DNA of 64,000 nucleotides, taken from the NCBI RefSeq assembly GCF_009834535.1, contig NC_045696.1, positions 27,282,001 through 27,346,000 of the forward strand, written 5' to 3'. Position 1 is the first letter of the stretch. The number at the start of each line of letters is the position of its first letter. The DNA comes from Camelus ferus (taxonomy: Eukaryota). Positions 24,311-38,794 of the stretch are shown piece after piece. Below the pieces are notes generated by a model. The model saw only the letters and a list, made by a program, of their open reading frames with translations. It did not search any database and was not told the origin of the DNA. A program made the translations under genes and the position numbers.

Positions 24311-27069
24311 TTCTTATGCCTCATCTGCTCCTATTGTCACAGCATCACTACTATTTCCTGTGAATTAATACTCACACCCTGGGTTAGAAGAAACTTAACA
24401 GCTTAGACAAACCTCTGACAGGTGCTTCTTGTTTTACTGGAAATGACTGTTCAATTCCCAGTTCACTGGGATATTAAATAGGGGCCAGTCACCAACTGTA
24501 GTGCCCATGGCATTTCAGCAAAGGTTTTTTATTTATTTATTTTTTAAGGCATGCAGTTCACCAGCATCAAGAAGAGGAGCTTTAGGAAATATTCCATCAG
24601 TAGCAATTAAGTCAGCCAAAAGACGGCACTGGTCTTTTTTCCTGCCTTCGTATCTCTTTGGTCTCACATCAATCTCAGACTGTAAGGCTGGGCCTTCCAG
24701 AGGCTGTCAGTGGCTAATCAATCCTAATGAGGAAGCACTCTGTTCCTTATCATGCATAGTAGGCATAATACTTATGGGAAGCATCAGACAAAACAGCAGT
24801 TCTTTGGAACAGAAGAGAATGCACATCCTTTTGATGATCCATTTGAACATTCCTACTGTAGGCCAACAATAAATTTAAACAGATAGCCAGATCATTTGTG
24901 ATACCATATTTTAGAACTAAGAAAAAAAAAACACAGGTGATGAAATTGAGAGAATAGAGTAATTTCACATCAAGGGAAGAAAAATGGACAAGCACTTCTG
25001 AGAAAAGAGCTGGGATTTCACAGAAATCCCATTTGTCTGGTAACAGAGCATCACCTGGTTTAGAGATGTTTGGCATCTGCCTTTTCTTTTAACAGAGCTG
25101 TTCCTGGAAGGGCAGGAAAGCAAGCTTCAAAGAATAACTGGTCCCTGTGAGAACTGTGGAGGAGTGCAGTGGGGTGTGAACTCAATGTCCAGCTTCTTAT
25201 GTCTGACTGGCCCAGCACTCAGAGCTAAAGGGAAATGGAGGACTAAATGTCTTTTAGTGCCTATTCTAAGAAACACATACAAAATGGGATTAGATTTTCT
25301 TAATGGCTCAACTCTGCAGAGATAACATGTGATTGCTTGGGAAATGGCTGGTCTATGGAAGTTGGTTTTCAGTTCGGTTTCCTGTGACAGACACAGCGAT
25401 GGGAACACGATCACTCTGGTGATAGAGAGTCACAAATTTACTTTGTGAATGAGATTGTCGCAGTAATAAGAGCTGCTTTATCTGTAAAGTTGCAAAGGGA
25501 GTGGAAAGATTAATAAGGCCACGGAGTTTGCCTTGTTTAAGCAGTGAGTATCACTGAAGCAAAGAATCAAAAGAAATCTTAGAGGCGGAGGACAAACTTG
25601 AAAATGGGAGAAATTCAGAGCTTACAAACTCTGGGTGGCTTTATCTTATTTCTTCTAGGAGAGCTTGTCTCAAAAATGGAATTATTTAAAAAGCTATAGA
25701 CATGATTGTCATCACAAATCAACAATTACTAATTTTAAAGGTTTAGTTATTAATAGTATGTTAAGTAAAACTATTTTTCTTTCTTTATTTTTCTCTTAAG
25801 TGTTCTGAGGCTGCATCCACCATGTTTTCCTTAAAAGCTATCTTTGACAAAGAAAAAAAATTAATTTTTTAAATTAACCATAAATTGGTATAAAAATAAA
25901 AACAAGTAAAAAAAAATTAAGTTGGCTATCATATGATTCTAAGAAGAACCTCAAGACCCACCTGGTCAGTATCTAATAAAGGTGTAACTGGTTTAGATTA
26001 AGGTAGTGAAATTATATAAAACAAACCTGCAACCCTTCTCAGAACACCAAGGAGAGGCATAAATTTTAGTAGTTTCAATGGCACACTGTTTAAAAATCTG
26101 GCAGGGTGCCTCTCTGCATCTATTTTGTTCTGGTTAGACTTTACATTTTATAGGTATGTCACAACGTATAAAATGGTTATAAATACCACAGTATATATCT
26201 TTTTCCTTAAAAGATGGGGCCATTATGCAATATGAAACACTAGTTCAGCAGATAATTCGTTCCTAACATGACAGAGACAGCAATCCCAACACTTGTTGAG
26301 TTGAGACATTAAAATGCAAATAAAACAATGTAATAAATCAACATTGAGACAATGTGTCTTTTAAAAGATGCCTGAATTTGTTTGTGTATTTTAGGTTGAC
26401 AGAGAGAATTCTTGAGGAGGTACATAGATAATATTACAGGATGGCGGGTAAAAGGGGCAGATAGACATTACGCATAAATACGACAACATTGATGGTTTAA
26501 ATTTATAGCTAATAAACTTTTGATTATCCCAGAAAATGACAGACTATCAAGCTCAGGTTAACTGAATTTTCTGGTTAACTGGGAGTTAAGCAGAAAAAAT
26601 TTTTATTGGTCATGTAACGGACATTAATTATTTTTCAATAGGTCCAAATTACTACAGACCCTTTGAGTCTCTGCTGAATGTTTTTCCATAACAGTAACAT
26701 TCCATTGCACATAAAATATAACCTTTTTTGAATCATTTCTATTCCCAAGTGGTTGTAATTTCCATGAAATTTTCTAGTTATTTTGCAAAACTTCAACATT
26801 AAGTCTAGCACTAGCTTTGATGGCACTAAGAAGATTCAATACATTTACTATAAAAGGCAATGAAGTCTTATTTTTAAATGCAATGTTTTATATTTGAGAA
26901 GAGTTTTAATAATTTGTTATATAATAAATTATCATAATCATATTAGTACTTCAGATTTCTCATTTACTATAGCAGGGGAAGAACCACCTGTCTAGAATTA
27001 TTTGAACTATTTTCTTATGAAACAATCAATAATTATTAAAATTAAACAATAAAGCTATCACTATTAATG

Positions 27070-27330
27070 ATACTAATATGAGTATAATGCTCCTTATTTA
27101 TAAAATACTCTGTAACAGACAGTATGTTAAGCATTATACATATATAATTTAATTTAATCCTAACAAAAATGCTATGAGATTGGTATTACTGTACCCATTT
27201 TACACATGGAACAACTGAGACTCACAACATTTAAATAACCTTTACTAGGTCACACAGGTGGTAAATGACAGAAATAGGATTCAACTACATTCTGTCTGAC
27301 TCCAGCGTTTACATTCTTAGCTACACAATT
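27070..27330 (-). mobile_element. MIR SINE
   Basis: 'atttaatcctaacaaaaatgctatgagattggtattactgtacccattttacacatggaacaactgagactca...ggtcacacaggtggtaaatgacaga'. Confidence 0.82.
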
Positions 27331-27434
27331 CTTTGTAACACATTTCTTCCTCTCTGGTAACTCACAAGCATAGAGACATTTTTCAAAGCCCTTTATTCTT
27401 TCTGCCAGCTCATTAGATAAGTTCTTGTTCCAAG

Positions 27435-27575
27435 GATTGATGAAGTTGCTTGAAAACAAAAATAAAAACAAATGTCTGTGCCTCAACCCAGATCTCCTAA
27501 ATTAGCTTCTCCAGGGGCATGGCTGATAATCTGTGTATTTTAACAAGCTTCAGATAAGTTTAGGAAACTCTGTCT
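27435..27575. mobile_element. MER5-like hAT-Charlie fragment
   Basis: 'cccagatctcctaaattagcttctccagggg...aatctgtgtattttaacaagct...aagtttaggaaactctg'. Confidence 0.6.
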
Positions 27576-27897
27576 AGCCCTAGTTTTTACTCTGCTCCCT
27601 TTCAAACACAGACCACCAGGCAGCCATCATAGATAGCAATCTCTTCAAATTTGATCCAATGGAACCTACTATTGGCACTCAGGATCAAAGTCACCAGAAG
27701 CTGCCTGAATTTCCCCTGGGACACCCCAGTGATATTTGTACCACTCAAGCAGAAGGTTGGAGTTCAAATGCATATTTCAAATTATAGCAAGTCTCCAAGA
27801 TGCCCAGTACCATGCTAAACACTGTGAAGAGCACACAAGTAGAAAAACCAAAGAAATCACGAGTTGAAAAAGGAATATTTAAGGGTATAGATACAGG

Positions 27898-28048
27898 TAG
27901 AGTCTCCAAAAGACCAGAATTTGGATTTCCAAAAAAAAAAAAAAAAAAAAGGTGGAAAAAAGGGAAGCAATTCTCAAGTCAGGGTTATTTTTGAAATGTT
28001 GGAACTAATCATATCTGTCCTGGGGGTGAAAATCAAATGGTCACCCTC
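27898..28048. mobile_element. hAT-Blackjack-like MITE remnant with internal A20
   Basis: Right end tggtcaccct and left end tagagtctcca are degenerate copies of the TAGGGTGACCA terminal inverted repeat. Confidence 0.45.
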
Positions 28049-30226
28049 ATTTAAGGAAGTTTTTTTCCTGTAACTTCTACCTGAGCATAAGGTTTTGTTG
28101 CCCAGCCTCAAGTCTCAAAATTAAATATTTATGGCATGAGGAGTGAGGAAAAGGAAGATTATTTTTAAGCCCATTCTGACTCCAAAAGTGCCTTTTAAAA
28201 ATGAACCACAAATAAAATATAGAAATCAAAAACAACTACACTACTGCATTTCTTACAATTGTTTCCTGCTATCAGATGGATACATTTCTGATTAGTTTCC
28301 TTTGTAGTAACTAGTACTTTCCTACATTCAATCCTAAATGAAGAAAAAAATATATAACTTCTCAAGTTTCCTTTGAAAGGTTTCCTTTGTTTTTTTTCTT
28401 AGTCATCTTTTGCTGTTGGGGAATCATGTTACTTTCTTTGACACATTGTATGTATTATTCTAGCATGTTAAAGGTATTTTAACAGATGTTAATATGCATA
28501 TTTTATTTTAATATTTGAATAAAATAATAACTTCAACAATATACAAATCTTTCATAAGTTTACAGAAAATCCAATGCAGTTGAAATAAGAACTTCTAAAT
28601 TTCTTAAGCAGTTTCTGGATTTGATCATTTGTACCCAATGTTCACTGAAATCCAGGCTTAGCAGCAAGAATTGCACACGGAAAATTTAAGACTGAATTAA
28701 CTTCGGAACTGAGTATAAAATTGCAGGAAGAAATTCTATTTTGATTTCAATATCTACTGTAGACACAGCAGAATGGCTATTATTTATAAAAGCATCTGAC
28801 TCCCGAGGCAAAGGACTTTACATAAAGTAAACCATCTCTCTGACTAATGTGATTGACACTCAACCCCCCTGTCACAATTGCCTGGAGATAGACACACCTT
28901 TTCATGTCTTGTATTCATCCTGGGCTACTTTCACTCCCTCTGGAGGGCTTTTGAACTTAGACTTTACATCTCTTAAATTTATGCTTTCCACAAATGTAAA
29001 GGGGTTTTCTTTTCTTACCGTTTTAGTCTAAGTTAGATTAAAGAGAAGTAGCCTAGGCCTTAGAAATTCAATGTTTGTTCTTGATCTTTTCTTTTTTTTT
29101 CTTTTGTTTTTATGAGGTTGAGCTAAAAACCCCAAAGTGGGACATAATGGCTTTAGAGACAGGAAGGAAATATTCTTTATTCTTTTTTTTCCTACTGTAA
29201 AAAGCCCACAAGGCTCTTTTGTAGAAAGCCCACAGTAGAAGCACTCCTTCAAAAGCCACCTTTTTCTTCATAATAGCCTTAGAGGAGACAGTGTTCAGAA
29301 AAGATGACAGAGCAAGTGTTGCTAATGTCATCCTCGGAAACAAGCTAAGTAGTTTATGGCCAAAATCCCTATTTACTCTGTATACGTGTCAAAATAGGGA
29401 ATTTTTTTTCACCAAAAAAAAAAAAAAAAAAAAAAAAAGTTCTTTAAAGCTCATTGTCTCTCAGATTCTACAGTAAACAATTTGTCCCTAAAAAGGAAAA
29501 AAAAAAGAGAGAGAGAAAGTTCTCAGATGAGACATAGTGAGAAATAACCAGTGTGACATCACGGGAAAAGGAGCAAAGAGATTATGAGAATGAAAAACAT
29601 ATGAAGTATGGATACAAAGGACGTGACAGAACCATTTCTGTGCATCAGTTTTAAAACGTGCCTTTGACACTCAAAAACATGCAGCCGTACAATGTGGCAT
29701 CCATTTTGGCTCACCAAACACCAAATAATCAACCTTTACCAGAATTAGTGAAGTACAAATGCAATTCACCCATTCAACAAATTTTTATTGAGCAGCCATT
29801 ACGTCAGGCGCTGTGCACAGGAAAAGACTGCAAAAGGCCCTACTCTACGGATGGATCTTACAGTCTAGAAGGGAGCAGAATCTTCTCATTTTTGAATTGC
29901 ATAGACCTTTGAAAGTGCATGATCTGAAGGTAGGGTAGATTTATTTTCATTTAAAGACAAAGTTTCCACGCCAATAGCTGTCATTTAATTAAAGTTCGGT
30001 GTTTGAAGACCCAGAGATTAAAGCATGTTCTCCCCCTCTACTTGACCAAGACAAAACTCTCATAATTTTGAAAACCAAATTCAATTTCCTGTAACAAACA
30101 CTTACAGAGCTCCAGCAGGTAAAACAATAATTTCCTTTAAATGTGTTTGAAATAAAATATTTACAGCACTATTTAAAGTCTATATTTAATATAGACTACT
30201 CTAGTAAATCATATTTTCAAATATCA

Positions 30227-30463
<237 letters not shown>

Positions 30464-30709
30464 TTATTACAAATATGACGCATTTAAACATCAAATCACA
30501 TGCAACACTGTCGTCACAAATTTACAGCAAAAGATAAATAATGCGGCATTCCTCCAAGTAAGGGTGCAGATAGAAAAGAGCTTTTTTTAAATACGCATGT
30601 GGGCTAAAATATTAAACTACTTCCTCAAAGGATATTTTTGGAAAAAGTAGACACATTCATTTATGTCCTCAAGTTCCTGTACTCGCAGTAAAATGGAAAG
30701 AGAGTAACC

Positions 30710-30910
30710 ACTAAGATACATTCTTGTATGTCAGACTTTAAGTGTTTGTTTGTTTTTTAGGTTTCAAAATTCTTATAACAAGTTACAAAGTATAATGCTC
30801 ACCTCCATTTTTCAGATGAGAAAATTGAGGCATAGGCAGGGAAGGTAACCTGGCTTCGGTCTTCAGCTAGTTTAATGGTGGAGTTAATATATGAACCCAG
30901 ACAGTCTCGT
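30710..30910 (-). mobile_element. MIR SINE
   Basis: 'ctccatttttcagatgagaaaattgaggcatag...tatgaacccagacagtct'. Confidence 0.78.
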
Positions 30911-30929
30911 TCTTGCCTTCCCTCATCTT

Positions 30930-31921
30930 CCTTCTTTTTCAATGTTGGTTTTCCCTTGAAGTTTCACTTTAATGCTCTTTTCACTCTACATAATATCCCC
31001 GAGTCATATTATCTACTACTATAGCTTATATACTGATTAACAACACAAACATTTCTAGCCCCTATTTCATTTAAGCCCCAAATTCATTATCCTGACTAAT
31101 AATTAGGTATCCTATCCCACAGGCACCTAATATTTAATATGTTAGATACAATTTCCTTTCTTATCCTATCACATGAAACAGCTCCTTCCCCTAACACAAC
31201 CCACCCATCCTCCTTCACCAGCTCCCTATATATAACAAATCGTCCAGTTCATCATTTGGACTCAGAACTTTCTATCCCTGGTGCACCCCTCTCCCAGTTC
31301 CATCTCATCTCCCAGTTCAGGCAATTCACATCTCTTAACTGGATAACAACAATGTTGACCCAGCCACCAGCCTCCCTGCCACATTAGTGTAGTATCCATA
31401 GTGCTACAAGAATTATTTTCTCTAAAGAGCAGTCCTATTCATAGCAATCCTTCTTGGCTCAATAATGTGCATGCCATTTGATTCAAAATTCTTTAATCCA
31501 TTACACGAAACCCTGTTAATTTGGGCTTAGTATCTCCAGACTGATCTCTCATAACTTCTTGCCACATGCTTTATGTGCTACCATGCTAACGTTCCACCGT
31601 GCAAAACATGTGGCCTTTCTGAGATTTGTGTCTGTGTTGTGATGTCTCTTTTCCTGGAATACTCTTCTCCTCTTTCTCGCTTATCAAGCTGATGCACACT
31701 TTTCAAGACATTACTAAGCTATTGCTCTCCTTTGAGAACTCTCTCCTGATTTTCCGCTCCGCAGGTCTACCTCAATGCAACAGAAAGGTTTGCTGTGTTA
31801 TTCTGCATCTATCCATTCATGCCTTCTTTTGTGAGCTTCTTGACAGCAGAAGCTGTGTGTGAACCACTGTTCTATCCCCTAAACCTAGCAGGGACTCAAG
31901 GTACATTTGCTGAATGAATGG
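30930..31921 (+). mobile_element. L2 LINE 3' fragment
   Basis: Pyrimidine-rich L2 body ending 'tgtgagcttcttgacagcagaagctgtgt...cctagcagggactcaaggtacatttgctgaatgaatgg'. Confidence 0.7.
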
Positions 31922-32323
31922 ACACGTGAGAGAAGACAGCCTAAAGACAGTACCTGGAAGTCTCATTTCATTCCCGCATTCCCCAAGGCTGCAAGTGTCT
32001 CTCTCTGCTCCTAGCCAATTTAAGGGTTTGACAGATGTCAAGAAACTCTGACCTCTTCTAGCATTCCCTGGTGATGTTGTAGCTAAAGAAAAGGAAGCCT
32101 GCTTTTTAACTGGTTCACAGTTACGTCTCTAATGCTGTGCCTTCCTTCCCTTCCCCACTGACTCCCATCCTGGAAATCGGTATAAACTGCAGTCTGGTTG
32201 AACAAAGAGAAAACTGCTTAAGGAATATCACATTTTACAAGGATTACCTGGGCAGGCCAGGGTCATGAATGTGCAGTTCTCATCGGAAACTCTCAGAGAA
32301 ACCACAGGCACCTTCTGATTCTA

Positions 32324-32617
<294 letters not shown>

Positions 32618-32929
32618 TCATCTCAAGAAAAAATGAAGATGAGCAAACCAAGAACCATTTTAGATGTCCAGGAGGAGCAGATTTATAATTTAAAATACTA
32701 TTTAGAAAATTATTCCACAGAGTTCCCTACCTACCTAGGTTTGGTGTTTCCTCCTAATTTTCTTCCCATGTCTTGGCTATTTTATCTCAGACTGATTTAC
32801 TGATTCTTCCTCGCTTTTTCCCATCCCCCCAAATATTGGCTTATCATCTTCTAGAACAGGTCATTTCTTTCTCCCTTGTATAAAGATACTAAATAATAAC
32901 AGGAGATGAGCTCTGCAGCAAGCAGATCA

Positions 32930-33106
<177 letters not shown>

Positions 33107-34739
33107 TTAGCAATTTTTAAGAGATCTTCATAAGTGAAATCTACTTTCTCAGCATGCCAGCAAAGCATAATTATACCAAAGAGTTGATGTATAGTTTTGC
33201 TATATTTATAGGGAATAACTTTAAACAAAATTTATTCCAAAGGAACAAAATAAAAGAGGCAAGACATTTTCACTTACCTAAATTTCTTGTAAAGTTATTA
33301 TATTCTGTATGACTAGAAATTTGTGTTTCCAAACCGACCAAGTTCTTTCATATTATTTAATTAAATGAAAACCAAAAAAAATGCATGAACAATTTGGTTA
33401 GCAAGTGGAAAAAAGGAAAAGGAAATTCTTAATACCATATGATTATAATTAACATGTAAATACATTTTAGCTATAAGTAATTTCAAGGAAGCATATTTTA
33501 GAATTAGAAGATGTGGAAATAAAAATGTCTCCAATGAGTTAATTTGCCAGAGTTGCTTTAAAGGAATAATTTTCAAAACATTGCAGAACCTGACATGTCC
33601 TAAAAAATAATCAAAGGTGTTACTGATGTTCAAGCAGTTGCTTGCTGACTTAGAAGGCTGACACTGAACAGATCCCACTAAATCATCTGGAAAGTCATTC
33701 GGGTACACTTAATTATTTGAAGAAGAATTAATTACAAATGTAAGCAGACTTCCAGTACAACAAGTAGGCTGAAGTTAACCATGAATTGGGATGCGGATAC
33801 TGAGCTATCTTTACTTAATATGCTTTTGGTGGGGAGTGGAGTTCAATTACCCATGCATATCTATAATGCTCTGAACCTCAGAAAGGTTTTGTCAGGGATA
33901 ACTTCCAGAATGTTTATTCATGGAGGTTTTGACCTCACAGTTATTCCGTACAGTGTACAAATTAAACAAAGGAGGAAAGAAAGAAATATAAAAAGAAAGA
34001 AAAGAAAGAAGGAAGAAACCATTCAAATAGAATTTTTTTCATCTTACACTAGGAGTTTATTGAAACTACTGCTTTATAAAGGTGGGGTCCCACTGGTTTG
34101 GAATACCTAAATTACTTTATTTCAACCCAGACATCCAAACTAGATATTTTGACCAAGTCCTTATATTATAGGACAAAACCAAATATTAATAGAGCAGTAT
34201 TCATTTTTGTGGCTTTAGAATTTGGTATTTTTTCAGCCATTTTATTAAAAAAAAGATCATGATTCTCTGGGTGTCATCATAAAAACCATCCAGGGACTTT
34301 TTTCTGCATTGTTCATGACTCCATCCCTCAAGCCTAGAAAAATGCCTGCATATAGTAGTCACTCAAAAGATTTTTGTTGAATGCAAACTGCTCTTTTAGA
34401 CAAAATTAGTCTGTTACTCAATGAAGCCTTTCTATAAAGGCTTATGGCAGTTACAAGATATATTAATAATAATTTGATTGTTTTCATATATATATACATG
34501 TACCTAAATTTTCAAACAGAATAACACAAAGAAAAGAATAAATGTCACATGAAAAAAAATGTTCCAAAAGTTAACTACTGTCAGTACTTTGTGAGCATTT
34601 TTTTCTTTTTTCCCTCTCTCTCTCAATACAGACAAGATAAATAGATGTATAGATATAAAATATGCAAGGACATACACACTTTTACTAAAGTAAAATCATA
34701 TGATACATGTTATTCTGTAAGCACATTTTCAATTCTGTA

Positions 34740-34830
34740 ATATCCTAAAATGCAGAGAGGATTCTTCCACAATAAAGAATTATCACACCCAAAATGTCAA
34801 TAATGCTGTGGCTGAGAAACTTTGTTCTAA
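34740..34830 (+). mobile_element. MER20 3' fragment
   Basis: 'tatcctaaaatgcagagagga...cacaataaagaattatcacacccaaaatgtcaataatgctgtggctgagaaac'. Aligns by eye with 15315-15395. Confidence 0.75.
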
Positions 34831-34928
34831 AGACCTGGCCTAAGGATAAATGCTGGATTAAAATGACAAAAGGAAGGAGGGGTTAAAATTAGGTAATACC
34901 ACAAACACTCTATTAAAAAACAATCATT

Positions 34929-35148
34929 AGGAGTTTGGGATTAAGAGATACACATTACTATATACAAAATAGATAAACAACAAGGACCTACTGTGTAGCA
35001 CAAGGAACTATATTCAGTTTCTTACAATATACTATAATGGAAAAGAATCTGAAAAAAATATATGTATGGACATGTATAACTGAACCACTTTGCTGTACAC
35101 CTGAAACTAACATTGTAAATCAACTACAATTCAAAAAAAAAAATTAAA
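34929..35148 (+). mobile_element. L1 3' UTR fragment (artiodactyl-type) with A-tail
   Basis: 'ggagtttgggattaagagatacacattactatatacaaaatagataaacaacaaggacctactgtgtagcac...ctttgctgtacacctgaaactaac'. Short TSD aatcatt on both sides. Confidence 0.88.
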
Positions 35149-38100
35149 AATCATTGCTAAGACTCCCCAGATTAGTATAAATACCCTCACTCAACTTCCA
35201 CACCATTAATAAGACAATTTCATTATAAAACACTACGTTCCACTCCAAACTCACTGGTAATAATGGTTAAAGATCCCCAAGTGGGAGTTACAACTTTAAT
35301 GGAAAACTAAACAAGTCTCAGCAAACCTGGGAGAAACTTATTTCCTCTGAGGATGATAGTGACAGAAATTGACAAAAGTGAAGGAAGAAACAAGAAAAGT
35401 ACAGCAAACAGAGAAATACAAAAAATAATGGATGAAAATGGTTGTCTTCAGTTTCTATAAGTTCAAATTGCTTTTGGCATTATGTCAATGGCTGAACTGA
35501 AATAGAGCCAACCAAAAGCCATAATTCTGTTCTCTATGGTCACAAAGTGGACTACGTGGTGGCCTGTTCTTTTCAATAAACCAAAGAACAGAAAAATCCT
35601 AGTGCTATAACCCTGATCAAATATAACACACCAGCTTTAAAGCAGTACCTACTATTAACAATCACAATTTTATGCTGAGTCATATAAAAATATTGATTGT
35701 AAAGGGTGACTTTATACATTCTAAATCTTCGTGCCCCTTTGTAAACCCATAATTGACATTTCCTCTCTCCCCACAGAAAGGAAAAATATGCCTAACACAT
35801 ACAAAACACTATAAATGTGAAAACAGCAGTATTTAAAACAAGCTAAGAAATATTTCTTGGCAGGTCTCTTCCTGCAGCTGAATCTGACAGCCAAATTGTA
35901 AACCTATCAAAAACGAGTTTCTGTAACGAACAGACACAACGTTAAACACTGCACTGCCAGGTAGTGGAGAAGCACGACATGTTAAACTTCCAGACAATAT
36001 GCTGGCATCTAGCCTATGTCAGAAATCCAAGGCAGAGGTCCCACTTCCTCATTACCATCCACCTCACCAGCCCACAGTCAGAAGCCCACATTTCCATAAG
36101 CTCTAGACAGTGCTTAAAGGGGGGGCCCCAGCTATCTACATACTTGATGAAAACATAACAGAAAAAGGTCCCACTGGTGTTGCTCCTTTTTGGGAAGGAG
36201 ACAGAGGAGGAGAAAGGAGAACGTGGTAAAAATCTGAAAGTTTCTTCAAATATCTTTCTTTACACTTTTTATTTTTCTTCAAAACAGTCTCAGATTTTTT
36301 TTTTAAAGTGTTTCAGTGACATTAAAGTACGGAATACTGCAATGTATTTGATATACAGGACTCTCATATACCAGTATTTTCACTTTAAGAAACTATAAAT
36401 GATTATTTTCCTGAGGGGTAAAAAGGCTTCTCCCCTAATACTTAAAGACGTCTCTGAAGTAGTTGAAAATCTCTTCTAGAATGCTTTCATCTCCTTTATT
36501 GTATTGTTTACTGAGTAAAAAGATAACAGAAAAATCAGGTATAAGATGTAGCTTCTCAACCAAAAGTGAAGACAATCATTTCATATTTCTGGCAAGCATG
36601 AAAAAAACTAGTCAGAATTCTTATTTTTAGCATAAAGAAGGAAAATTACCTTTGCACACATAGAATCATGCTTTCTTTTTAAAAAGTAAAGTAAGTAAGC
36701 TTTTTGTCTGTTTATTCTATGGCATAAACAACTTACCCTGCAATCAGTCCTTAAAAATCAGAAATAAAGATGAACTTAAAATGAACTCCTTGGCATGTCT
36801 TCATTTTCTACCTTAAAGCAAGTCAGATGAGTTGCAGTATCTATTACACAGGACTTTTTTTTTTTTTCCAGGCATCACCCCCACAATGTTATCCATACAC
36901 CTCTAGGTTAGGATACTAAACCAACTGGGGCTAATTAACTAGTTTGGCTACACAAAATCTTTTCTGCTTTTAATTACATTAACCTAATGTGACTTGAATT
37001 CAGCAGACCAAAAACGAAACCACTAATTATATTAAGGGCTTCAAAGATGATTTCAAATTGCTAACCACCAAACTGTCATATAATTTATCTCATTTCCTTT
37101 AATAGATTTTGCATTGAAAGTCTGTGTTTCTTACTATCAATTCCATTTTTATAATACATCCTAACAATGGATAGAAACACACTAATTTAGAATGTTAAAA
37201 GAGAAATATGTTTAAATAATATACATAAGACACACACATAGGTGTCATTATACCAATGAGAAATTGTGCAGTACTTAATTTTTACAATTTTCTAAAAGAT
37301 TAAAGGCTCACAAACATTCATGGATAGTAGTAAAGGCTTAATTAGCAGGGTTAATAGGAGTGAAATTTTTAAAGCATCCAGGTTTAGAATTTTTTTTTTC
37401 TTGAAAAGCTTGATTTTTCTTTTTGACCACTGTTTTCATACTGCTCTGCAAAGTAAATGAGACAAGAGGTTTTGAATTATAATCTAGTGTATTTTCCTTA
37501 AACAAGTCACTATGAAGTCACTTTGGGCAGAATATCTCTTCCTAGCAGTGCTGTCAATTCTGCCTGGATCTTTGACCTACAGAACAGATACCAAGCTGTT
37601 GTGATCTGGAGAAGTACTTTGCACGGGTTTAAGACTTCTTAATGACCATGAGATGCAGGTACCCCAGATGGCTAGTCAGAGCCCCTAGACATTCTCCCTG
37701 GTGAACCCAGTGGCAGGGCAGTTTTGAATGGTCCCCAAGGGCTCCTTTCAACAGAGACATGTAAAGAAGAGTCACAGTAACAGCTTTTCTTTCTTTAACA
37801 TTTAGCATTAAAACAGTAACAACAAAAACAAACTGAAAAAAGATATCTTATTTGATCAAGGAAAAGAGAGTGGGAGGAAGTGGAAAGATACCCGTTACTT
37901 TCCAACCTGGCTGCAAGAGTGGTATCAACCTTTAACGTAAACAATTCAAATTGAAGCATCCATGCCCTCTAACATAGACTTCTGGACCTTTCAAAAACAA
38001 TTATGCTTGATTGCATTCTAAATTAAGCAAAAACACTGGTGGTAATGTAATTATCTTGTACAAATGATAGGCAAAGGATTGGATAAAATACATGTCTCAT

Positions 38101-38794
38101 GGCAATCTAAAAAAAATTCTAACCAAGTAAAAGATAATTCATGTAATTCAGATCTTACACAATATCAAAGAAACTACAGTAGTTCTTGCTTGGCAATGTT
38201 TCTTACAGTCCCAGGTAAGAACAATTCAGTTCAATAAGAACAGTTGATAAAGAAACTATGTCTAGAATTAGTTTCATGTTTTTACTAGTTATGGTTTAAT
38301 ATCATATGTAGGTACTTCATATTTCTGACTATAAAAATTCATAATTCTCTTGTTTCACTCTTTGGCACCTAAGTTTTAACGGAGTTAGTAATCAGATAAA
38401 AATTTAAATTTTTCAAAAATCTCTGCTATAAAAAACCATTGATATAAAACAATTTATATCTACTACTCTAGTAATAATCCACACTTTCCCTAAGTATAAG
38501 AAGTTTCAAGAACTTAATCTTTATTCTATTTATTTGTACTAATCTTATCACACAAAAATGTTTTTAAAATGACATCATGTATTTTTAACAATATGAATTC
38601 ATACTAAAGTCTCTAACATAAGTTTTATTTTAGATAAATCTATAAAACTAAACCAGGATTAGCAACATCACAGTTCTTCCTGGCTAACAAAGTTTATTTC
38701 CTTTCTGCTTTTCATAAAGGCTACTGTCTCTCAATTCATTTGCCAAAAATTTTCAATTCTCCCTATTCTTATTTCATTCTGGTTCACAGATTCT

